Below the pieces are notes generated by a model that saw nothing but the letters and a program-made list of their open reading frames with translations, made no database searches and was not told the origin of the DNA. Shown here in pieces: positions 27,294 through 38,500 of a DNA stretch of 64,000 nucleotides. The DNA comes from Schmidtea nova (lineage: Eukaryota): assembly GCA_044892505.1 (NCBI GenBank), contig CM097882.1, positions 312,418,001-312,482,000 on the forward strand, given 5' to 3'. Numbering within the stretch: position 1 is the stretch's first letter; each line of letters starts with the position of its first letter. The translations under genes and the position numbers were made by a program.

Positions 27294-30200
27294 ACTAAAA
27301 ATAATATTTCAACTATCGACAATCGTGATCCTGAAGTGTGGTTTTCTGATAATGATATTGATTGGTATCTTGAAAACCACATTGATAATCCAATGCATGG
27401 ATATATTAAATGCTTTATAGTAAATATCATCTGTTCTAACATCACAGAAGATATTGTTGAAATTCCACCATCTATTAGCAATGCTGAAATTGTATTTTGT
27501 CCACTCAACATTAACAATTCGCACTGGATTCTTTTTGTTTATAGTAAGAAAATGTTATCTTCTTACTTTATTGACCCAATCCTTGCAAACAGACAAAAGC
27601 CAATCAATAAACAAATGGCTCAGAGAATTAATCTAAAACTGAATAGATTTTTTAATCTAAATATATCTGTGTCCCGACATCCACACAAACATCTTGAATA
27701 TCAGAATAACAGCTTTGACTGTGGCCCATTTACGTGTGCTTATGCTGTGATTATCAGTAAAGATTTGAACAGCTTTCCAAATGGGTTCATAGAGAAAATT
27801 CGTACCAGTGTGCATGAAAATCAAAATCGTATGCAAATAACCGAATCCACCTTATTCGCTGGTACTAACTCCAAGATGGACATGACCAAAATAAATATCA
27901 AGAAAGCCCTTGCAAAAAAGAAAGTCATCACCAACACCTCAGATATGACCAAAGTATTGAACACTCAAAAACCGTGTGTGTCATCAATAATTAGTAAATA
28001 TTACGAAAGTAATTCTAAAATAACAGTCTTATCTGCCGAACTAACTTTAAACCTAATTGCACAAAATACCTCCTTCATAGCTGATAATGTCACTTTCAAG
28101 CAGTTCAAAGGAATCGATCATGTTATAAGTATCATTCCTAAATTTAACGATTGGTGTCTCTTTGTCTATTCGAATAAACTTGACAGGAGCTACATGTTCG
28201 ACTTCAATTATCGAAACATTGATGAAAGGCTAATTGAAATTGGTGAAAAGATAACTGAATATCTGAATCAATTCACTCTTGTTTCTAAAATAAAATTCAC
28301 ACCTCATCATAGAATTTCTCATCCAACATTTCATTCTTACGATGATCAATATTTTGCAAGTTCTTTTATTGTATTTTTTGAGAAACTTGTCTTTGAAAGA
28401 ATACTGGACAATGATAAGGTTTATGACTCATTAAGTGCTCTAAAATATCAGTCTTGTAAAGATCTTTCTCCTAGCCTAAGTTTCATTAATGGTAAAATAT
28501 CCGACAAAATTATTGAGGAATATTTTGCTAGCCTAAACTTATCGACCAAATATATTCTTCTAAACACAACAATGTGTACTGCGCTTTCAGATGATTGCAC
28601 TGAATACTTGAAAGACTTTGTAAACATTGAGTGCATGATGAAGGCTACTATAATCTTTGTAATCATTTCTCCTCCAAGAGCCAACGACTTGCTCATGGTT
28701 ATTGATTACGACGCTGATGAGCACTATTTATTAAGCCCAGTCACTAATGACTTGTTCGTTATGACTGAAGGATTCTGCTATAAATTACTAATTAAAATTA
28801 ATGAGATTAGAGAGAGCACAGGACGTTCCTTGAAATCGCGTAATTGTCGACATGACGTTAAAGATTCTGGCTTATTTAGTAGGTTATTAATCTGTGCCTT
28901 TATTAAATATTATGCATTTGACCGATCTCTAGAAAATATCAATCTTCATGAAATTGGCAAAATTATCTACTCACTTGTGCCATTGGTTGATAAAAATGAT
29001 AATGCTGAGGAAGAAAGACGACTAAAATCAAAAGCTGTAAACTCTTTAAAACTAAATTTAAAACAGCGAATAGAAAAAGCCAATAATCTTATAATTTCAC
29101 TTGAACACGCCAGTATTGATGAAATCATAAGTGGCATTCTTTCAAATATTCCTCGTCTTAAAGATTTGAACACCGATCACATTCGTACACCATATTTAGG
29201 TACTAAAATAGAAAAAGCTAGAAAATTCAAAAATTCCACTGAGTTTCTGTCAAACATGAAAAAGACTGTGTATAGGATTTTGGGTAACAACACAGAATCA
29301 ATTGCACCTCCTTATCAGGAAATTATTGACACTTTCAGTCATCCTGATACATTACCTAGAAATTGGGAAAACATCTTAAAATTCACTAAGAGTTCTAAAT
29401 ATAGTCTTGAATTAAATCCAATGACACCTAAAGAAATCCTTTCAAGTCTTTGCAAAGCTGACAACACTTCTCCAGGTCTTGATAATGTTTGTTATAAAGA
29501 TCTTTTGTTATTAGACCCTGAATGTAAATTGCTAGCTTTTCTGTACAATAAAATCCTAAAATTAGACATTATTCCTACAAGTTGGAAATCATTTAAAACG
29601 ATACTAATCCCCAAACCAGATAAAAATGGCCAATATCATAAAATATATTCTTGGCGACCAATTGCCTTATTATCTGTCATTTACAAAGTCTTCGCTTCAG
29701 TTTTGGCAAATCGTCTAAGCTTATGGATAAGAAATAATTCCATGTTACACATTGGCCAAAAGGGTGGTTCGGAGTACGAAGGATGTATTGAACACAACTC
29801 TATTCTTTCTGCTATCGTCGAACATTCAAAATACAGCAAGTCTTCACCTTTAACGATAGCTTGGCTAGACATCAAAGATGCCTTCGGAAGTGTTCCACAT
29901 GACTACATGTGGACACTGTTAAAACACATAAATGTTAGTGATAGGTTTGTAGGAATTTTAAAACTGCTCTATACTGATACAAGCTCGTTTAACTGTTGCA
30001 ATAAAATGCAGACACCGGATATTCCAATAAAGAAAGGAGTTAAACAAGGTTGTCCGATCTCAATGATATTGTTTGCAATAGCTATTAACCCAGTACTTGA
30101 GTCTATTAATCTATCAAACGTTAATCCTTTTACGATTGGAACATCTCCGGTACAGGTGTTGGCTTATGCGGATGATATCGCACTTATCGCGACAAATACC

Positions 30201-31844
30201 TCTGATCTGCAAATACTCATAAACGTTGCTGTAAACACCGCTAAAACAATTGGATTTGAATATCGTCCAGAAAAGTGCGCTTATATGCAATTCCCTAAAA
30301 TAGAAACTGTAAGCGAGATTTCTGTCAACAACGTTCTTATCAAAAAGATTGCAACAAATGAATTTTACCAATACTTGGGAGTACCAATAGGTGACAATAA
30401 TGATCAAAGTCCCTATGAAATTCTAAGCAAAGTAATTGAAGACACAAAGAAAATAGCAAATTCTGATCTTTACGGCTGGCAAAAACTTAAAGCGTATAAG
30501 GTCTTTCTGCATTCTCGCTTGATTTTTCCATTTAGAACTAGGGAAATCAAAACAAGTTCTTTAGCTGATTCGAGTAAAAATTCAAAATTAAATGTAAATA
30601 ATACGAGTATTTTGAGGAGTCATCTTAGAAAAATATTGCACTTGCCACACTACTCTGAGATTAGCTATTTTTATAATTCTACTGAAAACGGCGGTGCAGG
30701 CTGCATAGACTTACTTGACGAGTATCATACACAGACAATCGTGTACTTTTTCCGTTTGTTAACATCAACGTGCGAATATTCGAAAAAGATAAATACTGAC
30801 TCGCTTTTATTTGTCACAAGTCCGAGACTCGGAATCAAAAATCCAGTTCTTAAACAAAGTTTAGAATGGATAAATGGAAAAGAGAGCAAGAAAAACAACA
30901 GTGGTTGCAAAACTCGATTTTATCGGTTGCGATCATCCATTGCTTACTTTTCTAAAGTTCACAACATTAAATTGTTATTTGAAACAGTGAAAGGGAATCC
31001 TTCTATCCGTATAACCACTACACTTAAGGGAACACGTATATTATTACCAACATTAAGAAAAGCCTTGTCAATGATTTTACATTCAGCTCTCCAGGATTCG
31101 TATCTCGAGAAATGGGAGAATAGCAATCATAATAATCTGCTTGTATCTGCGATAAAACTCTGTCCACTTGTCAACAAGCTTATTTTCCGCAGTGATTTGA
31201 CAGAATTTGAATGGAGATTCGTCCATCGAGCAAGAACGAATACATTATCAATATTTGCGAAGCCATATAAAACTGGCGAAAATCGTCTTTGTCGTAGATG
31301 TAAGCTTGAAGACGAGACTTTATCACACGTTCTTCAAACTTGTAAAATGAACAAATCTTTGGCAACTAGTCGACATAACGCTTGCTTAGAAAAAATAAAA
31401 AGCGAGTTGAAAGATCCAAACTTGTTAGTTGTTGCGGATCATAAATGTTCCCTAGTACCGACATCAACTGAACGCGTTGATTTAATAATAACCAATAATG
31501 ATAAAAAGACCATATTATTGGTAGACATGAAATGCCCAATCGATTCGGTGCCCAACTTTGACTTGGCTGATAAAAAAAACATAGAAAAGTATGATAAACT
31601 AAAATCAGAAATTAAAATAGCCAAACCCGATTATAAAGTTGAGTTGTTTACCTGCATCATAGGCTCATTAGGATCCATTGAAATTAAAACACCTGATCTT
31701 TTAGTAAAAATGGGAGTAAAAGAAAATAAAGTAAAACGTCTGATGAAAGAGTGTGCAATTAGCAATATTGCGCACTCGGCCAAAATTTGGTACTTTCATA
31801 CCAATGGCTTTCTTCCAGATAATATAAGACAAACTTGTAAATAA
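27234..31844 (+). CDS. ORF2 protease-RT-CCHC-RLE, copy 4 (private G543D, Y920N)
   Basis: Same motifs. Confidence 0.95.
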   Translation: MPASAQSSAIPSNETDAESTTKNNISTIDNRDPEVWFSDNDIDWYLENHIDNPMHGYIKCFIVNIICSNITEDIVEIPPSISNAEIVFCPLNINNSHWILFVYSKKMLSSYFIDPILANRQKPINKQMAQRINLKLNRFFNLNISVSRHPHKHLEYQNNSFDCGPFTCAYAVIISKDLNSFPNGFIEKIRTSVHENQNRMQITESTLFAGTNSKMDMTKINIKKALAKKKVITNTSDMTKVLNTQKPCVSSIISKYYESNSKITVLSAELTLNLIAQNTSFIADNVTFKQFKGIDHVISIIPKFNDWCLFVYSNKLDRSYMFDFNYRNIDERLIEIGEKITEYLNQFTLVSKIKFTPHHRISHPTFHSYDDQYFASSFIVFFEKLVFERILDNDKVYDSLSALKYQSCKDLSPSLSFINGKISDKIIEEYFASLNLSTKYILLNTTMCTALSDDCTEYLKDFVNIECMMKATIIFVIISPPRANDLLMVIDYDADEHYLLSPVTNDLFVMTEGFCYKLLIKINEIRESTGRSLKSRNCRHDVKDSGLFSRLLICAFIKYYAFDRSLENINLHEIGKIIYSLVPLVDKNDNAEEERRLKSKAVNSLKLNLKQRIEKANNLIISLEHASIDEIISGILSNIPRLKDLNTDHIRTPYLGTKIEKARKFKNSTEFLSNMKKTVYRILGNNTESIAPPYQEIIDTFSHPDTLPRNWENILKFTKSSKYSLELNPMTPKEILSSLCKADNTSPGLDNVCYKDLLLLDPECKLLAFLYNKILKLDIIPTSWKSFKTILIPKPDKNGQYHKIYSWRPIALLSVIYKVFASVLANRLSLWIRNNSMLHIGQKGGSEYEGCIEHNSILSAIVEHSKYSKSSPLTIAWLDIKDAFGSVPHDYMWTLLKHINVSDRFVGILKLLYTDTSSFNCCNKMQTPDIPIKKGVKQGCPISMILFAIAINPVLESINLSNVNPFTIGTSPVQVLAYADDIALIATNTSDLQILINVAVNTAKTIGFEYRPEKCAYMQFPKIETVSEISVNNVLIKKIATNEFYQYLGVPIGDNNDQSPYEILSKVIEDTKKIANSDLYGWQKLKAYKVFLHSRLIFPFRTREIKTSSLADSSKNSKLNVNNTSILRSHLRKILHLPHYSEISYFYNSTENGGAGCIDLLDEYHTQTIVYFFRLLTSTCEYSKKINTDSLLFVTSPRLGIKNPVLKQSLEWINGKESKKNNSGCKTRFYRLRSSIAYFSKVHNIKLLFETVKGNPSIRITTTLKGTRILLPTLRKALSMILHSALQDSYLEKWENSNHNNLLVSAIKLCPLVNKLIFRSDLTEFEWRFVHRARTNTLSIFAKPYKTGENRLCRRCKLEDETLSHVLQTCKMNKSLATSRHNACLEKIKSELKDPNLLVVADHKCSLVPTSTERVDLIITNNDKKTILLVDMKCPIDSVPNFDLADKKNIEKYDKLKSEIKIAKPDYKVELFTCIIGSLGSIEIKTPDLLVKMGVKENKVKRLMKECAISNIAHSAKIWYFHTNGFLPDNIRQTCK

Positions 31845-32199
31845 ATAATTATATATATATATAAATATTTGCTTTTTAAACTCTGTAAATAAAATTTAAA
31901 GTAAATATTTTGTAAAGTAATTTTTGTATTAAATATCAAATCTTTTTAATCTGATAAATTGTCTTTGAGAGTTATTAAATTGGGAGACCAAGTATTCTGC
32001 AACGTATGTCACTTATTCTAGACTTATCAACTTCAAAATAATACAGTCGCAAAGCTGGATGACGAAATCCAAAGAACCAGAAACTTCCATTCAGATTGAA
32101 CAATTATATTTTGACTGTGATTGTTTAGGCACTAATCCATGTTGATTAGATAATCTGTAAAAAAAATATGTCAAACTTGTTATATTTAATAAATGTTTA

Positions 32200-32254
32200 T
32201 TATCACGTCTGCCTAACACGCAGAAGGTCCCCGGTTCGATCCCGGGTCGAACCA
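32200..32254 (+). pseudogene. 5'-truncated tRNA-Val, nt 19-73
   Basis: Same junction. Confidence 0.95.
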
Positions 32255-32434
32255 AATTTTTCTCAATTCATTATTTGACTTTTATTATATTTGCAACTCT
32301 TTTTTTAATTCATAACGCAATTTTGTTGTTGAATTCTCTACTTTGTACATAAATTTTATTCAAGTGAATTCAGTACATTTTGTCAAGGTAATTCGAAAAT
32401 CAAACATGCACAACAATTGTTAGTTGAAACTGTC

Positions 32435-32507
32435 GGTTCGATGGTGTAGCGGTTATCACGTCTGCCTAACACGCAGAAGGTCCCCGGTTCGATCCCGGGT
32501 CGAACCA
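32435..32507 (+). tRNA. trnV: tRNA-Val(AAC)
   Basis: Identical unit. Confidence 0.97.
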
Positions 32508-32687
32508 AATTTTTCTCAATTCATTATTTGACTTTTATTATATTTGCAACTCTTTTTTTAATTCATAACGCAATTTTGTTGTTGAATTCTCTACTTTGTA
32601 CATAAATTTTATTCAAGTGAATTCAGTACATTTTGTCAAGGTAATTCGAAAATCAAACATGCACAACAATTGTTAGTTGAAACTGTC

Positions 32688-32760
32688 GGTTCGATGGTGT
32701 AGCGGTTATCACGTCTGCCTAACACGCAGAAGGTCCCCGGTTCGATCCCGGGTCGAACCA
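32688..32760 (+). tRNA. trnV: tRNA-Val(AAC)
   Basis: Identical unit. Confidence 0.97.
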
Positions 32761-32868
32761 AATTTTTCTCAATTCATTATTTGACTTTTATTATATTTGC
32801 AACTCTTTTTTTAAGTGTTGATATATATATTGTAAATTTTAACGATTGATAAATTCTTTCAAGGTTCG

Positions 32869-35502
32869 ATGACTCAATCACCTGCTGCTCAGTCAACTGC
32901 TGCTGATGTAATGACTCAGTATATTGCAAATCAGTCAACTGTGACGAAGAAATATGAATTAGAAAACATTCTCAAATATCAAATTTCCAGTTTGCAATGT
33001 TTTCAATCGATTTTGGATTATTTTTCGCAACTAAATGGTGGAAATCTCGCTACTGCCTCAGTTCTTTCTGATGCGAATGCAAGTCAACGGAGTTCTTTCG
33101 ATCAAGGATCTAAAATTTCTCAAAACCAATCTGATAATATGCCACTTTCTTATGCTGATATTGAGACTAAATTCACTAAATCAAAGGATTTACTGATTGT
33201 CAAGCGCCTGGATTCATTGGAGTCTCAATTTATGAATATGGCTGAAAAGTTAGATTATTTGGTTTCTTTTTTTAATGGCTCTGTTGATGATTTATCAGAT
33301 TTTCCTAAAGTAAATGAAAATAATTTAAATAATAATCCTTTCAATAAAAATAAAGTTTTTGATATCAAAGATAAATTAATTGTAAATAATGTAGTTTTAG
33401 ATAAATCAAATATTTCAGAATTTATTGAAAATAATATTGCTAAAATTCCTAATAGTTTAATTGATGTAAATAATAAAATGTGTAATTCAAATAATAAATT
33501 TCTAAATAACCCTAATAAAGAGAATGTTAAACATTTTAATAATCCCAAAGAAACATCTTCAATTGATTTGACTAACGATAAAATTATGCCAAATGAAAAC
33601 ATAGAAATAATTATTAAAAATAATAAAAAATCTGTTAAAATTATAGAACCTAATAAAACAACTAAACAGAAGTATGATAAATTTGAATTTAAAAATCTGG
33701 TTCGTATTTTAACGAAAAGGGAACGCCAGAAAATCTTGAATGCCTTCCCTGCTTTAATACAACTAATTAAAAAGAAAGAATCACAGAGTAAATATTTTGA
33801 AATTAATAAATTTCTTTCGAGCAAAGATTTTAATGTGAATCACTTGAATTTAATTAATTTTGATTATTTTTTCTATAGAAATTGTAATCTTTGTGTATCT
33901 TTAAAATTGTACAACGCTCCTGTCATTTCATCAGCACCAAAACCAGTTGTTTTAAAAACTATTAAATTAATTGACCATAATATCGTCAAAATAAATTCTG
34001 AAATCCCTGACTTTGTTCGAGCTCCAATGTCAATTCGAAGATTTTTATTCAATCTTTCGCACGATCTTTCAAACACTGTTTCCATCAAGGATGAGAAACA
34101 CAGGGGAAATAAAATAAATAACATTCTTACTTCAATGAAACATAAACAACAATTACCAGATTATTTAATAAAATCAAACATTAAATACGAAAATGGTGAG
34201 TTCCTATTATTAGATTTGACTAACGATAAAATCAAATTGAACGACGATAATAACTTGATAAAATCAAATTTTTCTGAACTTACTAGAAGTCAGATTAAAA
34301 ATCTTTACTATTCTTATCCTTCTCTTAAGGAAGTTTGTTTCGTTGAAAATCTTGAAACAAGATCATCATCCGTTAGTAAAATTATCGAATCTTTAAAGTT
34401 AATTAATGAATTTCCAAAAAATATCATTTTTAAAGAGGGTAAATTTTATCAGTCTGATAAAAGAACAATCTCACCTAGTAGTTCTCCTGACATAATGTTC
34501 AACCTTGGTCTTTTTAATTTGGCTAGTATGAGTAGAAAAGATTGTGAATTAAAATCCATTTTAGAGAAGACTGGTTGTGACTTTAAAATAGTTGAAATAA
34601 TATTCTACCTCAACTATTTAGGCTTGACTCAATCTTTAGAATTTTGCAAAAATCAAACTTATTCTGATTATGTGAGGAATTACGTCTGCAATTGCTGCTT
34701 GATAAACTCACTCTGTAGTATTGCTGATGTTGATTCGCTTTCATCTGAAGATTTTGAGGGTTGGGCGACCGAAATTGTTCAGAAAATCCCAGTTTCTTCC
34801 TATTACTTCAATAGCTGCCAGGAAAAGCTTTTAAAGCTGAAGCAATGGGACATTTCAACTAAAATCAAAAGAATCCATAACGTTATTTCACCTGAAATAA
34901 TATCTTATTTAAATAACTTTCTTGACTCTGTAGACGTAAAATTTCCATCTAAGTCTCAACAACATAATATTCTAATTAAATTAATGAAAGCTATCAATGA
35001 CATTAAAATTTTTGATGACATACACGGAAATAAAGCAAAAAGACTTGTTTACTTTTTGCTAAGAGATGCCAAGAAATATTTGAATAAAAATCAACGATTC
35101 AGATTATTTGAATCGAGCAATAAATATTGCACTTCAGAGATGGAGAATATAATTTCAGTAATAATTGAGAACCTTACCAAAGTTACTGACCATGAAGTTA
35201 CTACTCCTGAAATCACAGTTGAAGAAACGCCAATTGAAATAACTTGTGATCCTGAACCTATCGTCTTGATTAAGGAAATAAACTGTTTAAAATGTAACAA
35301 TATCATCGAAAAATGCATTCTTGTTAGAGATGGAACAAACGTCAACATCTGTGAAAGCTGTCTATTTGACGCAATTACCTTTGAAAAGCCGATTCCTGAA
35401 GCTACTAATTCGGATACCGAAGAAAATATGGAAACAAATAGTAAGAAATCTTGTCCAAGACCTAGAAAAACAGACAAGAAAACATCAACCAAAGCGAAAT
35501 GA
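32869..35502 (+). CDS. ORF1 (877 aa), copy 5
   Basis: ORF track. Confidence 0.92.
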   Translation: MTQSPAAQSTAADVMTQYIANQSTVTKKYELENILKYQISSLQCFQSILDYFSQLNGGNLATASVLSDANASQRSSFDQGSKISQNQSDNMPLSYADIETKFTKSKDLLIVKRLDSLESQFMNMAEKLDYLVSFFNGSVDDLSDFPKVNENNLNNNPFNKNKVFDIKDKLIVNNVVLDKSNISEFIENNIAKIPNSLIDVNNKMCNSNNKFLNNPNKENVKHFNNPKETSSIDLTNDKIMPNENIEIIIKNNKKSVKIIEPNKTTKQKYDKFEFKNLVRILTKRERQKILNAFPALIQLIKKKESQSKYFEINKFLSSKDFNVNHLNLINFDYFFYRNCNLCVSLKLYNAPVISSAPKPVVLKTIKLIDHNIVKINSEIPDFVRAPMSIRRFLFNLSHDLSNTVSIKDEKHRGNKINNILTSMKHKQQLPDYLIKSNIKYENGEFLLLDLTNDKIKLNDDNNLIKSNFSELTRSQIKNLYYSYPSLKEVCFVENLETRSSSVSKIIESLKLINEFPKNIIFKEGKFYQSDKRTISPSSSPDIMFNLGLFNLASMSRKDCELKSILEKTGCDFKIVEIIFYLNYLGLTQSLEFCKNQTYSDYVRNYVCNCCLINSLCSIADVDSLSSEDFEGWATEIVQKIPVSSYYFNSCQEKLLKLKQWDISTKIKRIHNVISPEIISYLNNFLDSVDVKFPSKSQQHNILIKLMKAINDIKIFDDIHGNKAKRLVYFLLRDAKKYLNKNQRFRLFESSNKYCTSEMENIISVIIENLTKVTDHEVTTPEITVEETPIEITCDPEPIVLIKEINCLKCNNIIEKCILVRDGTNVNICESCLFDAITFEKPIPEATNSDTEENMETNSKKSCPRPRKTDKKTSTKAK

Positions 35503-35568
35503 AGATGTGTGCCTGCATCAGCTCAATCGTCTGCCATTCCCTCTAATGAGACTGATGCAGAGAGCACA
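35500..35568 (+). promoter_or_regulatory. Candidate UGA readthrough signal, copy 5
   Basis: Same stop + stem-loop. Confidence 0.65.
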
Positions 35569-38500
35569 ACTAAAAATAATATTTCAACTATCGACAATCG
35601 TGATCCTGAAGTGTGGTTTTCTGATAATGATATTGATTGGTATCTTGAAAACCACATTGATAATCCAATGCATGGATATATTAAATGCTTTATAGTAAAT
35701 ATCATCTGTTCTAACATCACAGAAGATATTGTTGAAATTCCACCATCTATTAGCAATGCTGAAATTGTATTTTGTCCACTCAACATTAACAATTCGCACT
35801 GGATTCTTTTTGTTTATAGTAAGAAAATGTTATCTTCTTACTTTATTGACCCAATCCTTGCAAACAGACAAAAGCCAATCAATAAACAAATGGCTCAGAG
35901 AATTAACCTAAAACTGAATAGATTTTTTAATCTAAATATATCTGTGTCCCGACATCCACACAAACATCTTGAATATCAAAATAACAGCTTTGATTGTGGC
36001 CCATTTACGTGTGCTTATGCTGTGATTATCAGTAAAGATTTGAACAGCTTTCCAAATGGGTTCATAGAGAAAATTCGTACCAGTGTGCATGAAAATCAAA
36101 ATCGTATGCAAATAACCGAATCCACCTTATTCGCTGGTACTAACTCCAAGATGGACATGACCAAAATAAATATCAAGAAAGCCCTTGCAAAAAAGAAAGT
36201 CATCACCAACACCTCAGATATGACCAAAGTATTGAACACTCAAAAACCGTGTGTGTCATCAATAATTAGTAAATATTACGAAAGTAATTCTAAAATAACA
36301 GTCTTATCTGCCGAACTAACTTTAAACCTAATTGCACAAAATACCTCCTTCATAGCTGATAATGTCACTTTCAAGCAGTTCAAAGGAATCGATCATGTTA
36401 TAAGTATCATTCCTAAATTTAACGATTGGTGTCTCTTTGTCTATTCGAATAAACTTGACAGGAGCTACATGTTCGACTTCAATTATCGAAACATTGATGA
36501 AAGGCTAATTGAAATTGGTGAAAAGATAACTGAATATCTGAATCAATTCACTCTTGTTTCTAAAATAAAATTCACACCTCATCATAGAATTTCTCATCCA
36601 ACATTTCATTCTTACGATGATCAATATTTTGCAAGTTCTTTTATTGTATTTTTTGAGAAACTTGTCTTTGAAAGAATACTGGACAATGATAAGGTTTATG
36701 ACTCATTAAGTGCTCTAAAATATCAGTCTTGTAAAGATCTTTCTCCTAGCCTAAGTTTCATTAATGGTAAAATATCCGACAAAATTATTGAGGAATATTT
36801 TGCTAGCCTAAACTTATCGACCAAATATATTCTTCTAAACACAACAATGTGTACTGCGCTTTCAGATGATTGCACTGAATACTTGAAAGACTTTGTAAAC
36901 ATTGAGTGCATGATGAAGGCTACTATAATCTTTGTAATCATTTCTCCTCCAAGAGCCAACGACTTGCTCATGGTTATTGATTACGACGCTGATGAGCACT
37001 ATTTATTAAGCCCAGTCACTAATGACTTGTTCGTTATGACTGAAGGATTCTGCTATAAATTACTAATTAAAATTAATGAGATTAGAGAGAGCACAGGACG
37101 TTCCTTGAAATCGCGTAATTGTCGACATGACGTTAAAGGTTCTGGCTTATTTAGTAGGTTATTAATCTGTGCCTTTATTAAATATTATGCATTTGACCGA
37201 TCTCTAGAAAATATCAATCTTCATGAAATTGGCAAAATTATCTACTCACTTGTGCCATTAGTTGATAAAAATGATAATGCTGAGGAAGAAAGACGACTAA
37301 AATCAAAAGCTGTAAACTCTTTAAAACTAAATTTAAAACAGCGAATAGAAAAAGCCAATAATCTTATAATTTCACTTGAACACGCCAGTATTGATGAAAT
37401 CATAAGTGGCATTCTTTCAAATATTCCTCGTCTTAAAGATTTGAACACCGATCACATTCGTACACCATATTTAGGTACTAAAATAGAAAAAGCTAGAAAA
37501 TTCAAAAATTCCACTGAGTTTCTGTCAAACATGAAAAAGACTGTGTATAGGATTTTGGGTAACAACACAGAATCAATTGCACCTCCTTATCAGGAAATTA
37601 TTGACACTTTCAGTCATCCTGATACATTACCTAGAAATTGGGAAAACATCTTAAAATTCACTAAGAGTTCTAAATATAGTCTTGAATTAAATCCAATGAC
37701 ACCTAAAGAAATCCTTTCAAGTCTTTGCAAAGCTGACAACACTTCTCCAGGTCTTGATAATGTTTGTTATAAAGATCTTTTGTTATTAGACCCTGAATGT
37801 AAATTGCTAGCTTTTCTGTACAATAAAATCCTAAAATTAGACATTATTCCTACAAGTTGGAAATCATTTAAAACCATACTAATCCCCAAACCAGATAAAA
37901 ATGGCCAATATCATAAAATATATTCTTGGCGACCAATTGCCTTATTATCTGTCATTTACAAAGTCTTCGCTTCAGTTTTGGCAAATCGTCTAAGCTTATG
38001 GATAAGAAATAATTCCATGTTACACATTGGCCAAAAGGGTGGTTCGGAGTACGAAGGATGTATTGAACACAACTCTATTCTTTCTGCTATCGTCGAACAT
38101 TCAAAATACAGCAAGTCTTCACCTTTAACGATAGCTTGGCTAGACATCAAAGATGCCTTCGGAAGTGTTCCACATGACTACATGTGGACACTGTTAAAAC
38201 ACATAAATGTTAGTGATAGGTTTGTAGGAATTTTAAAACTGCTCTATACTGATACAAGCTCGTTTTATTGTTGCAATAAAATGCAGACACCGGATATTCC
38301 AATAAAGAAAGGAGTTAAACAAGGTTGTCCGATCTCAATGATATTGTTTGCAATAGCTATTAACCCAGTACTTGAGTCTATTAATCTATCAAACGTTAAT
38401 CCTTTTACGATTGGAACATCTCCGGTACAGGTGTTGGCTTATGCGGATGATATCGCACTTATCGCGACAAATACCTCTGATCTGCAAATACTCATAAACG

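Larger units (their letters stand above)
24540..32199 (+). mobile_element. Non-LTR retrotransposon copy 4, full length (7660 bp), type-A 5' junction
   Basis: Both ORFs intact. Confidence 0.96.
32200..32814 (+). repeat. tRNA-Val array block 4 (1 truncated + 2 intact)
   Basis: 253-bp period. Confidence 0.96.
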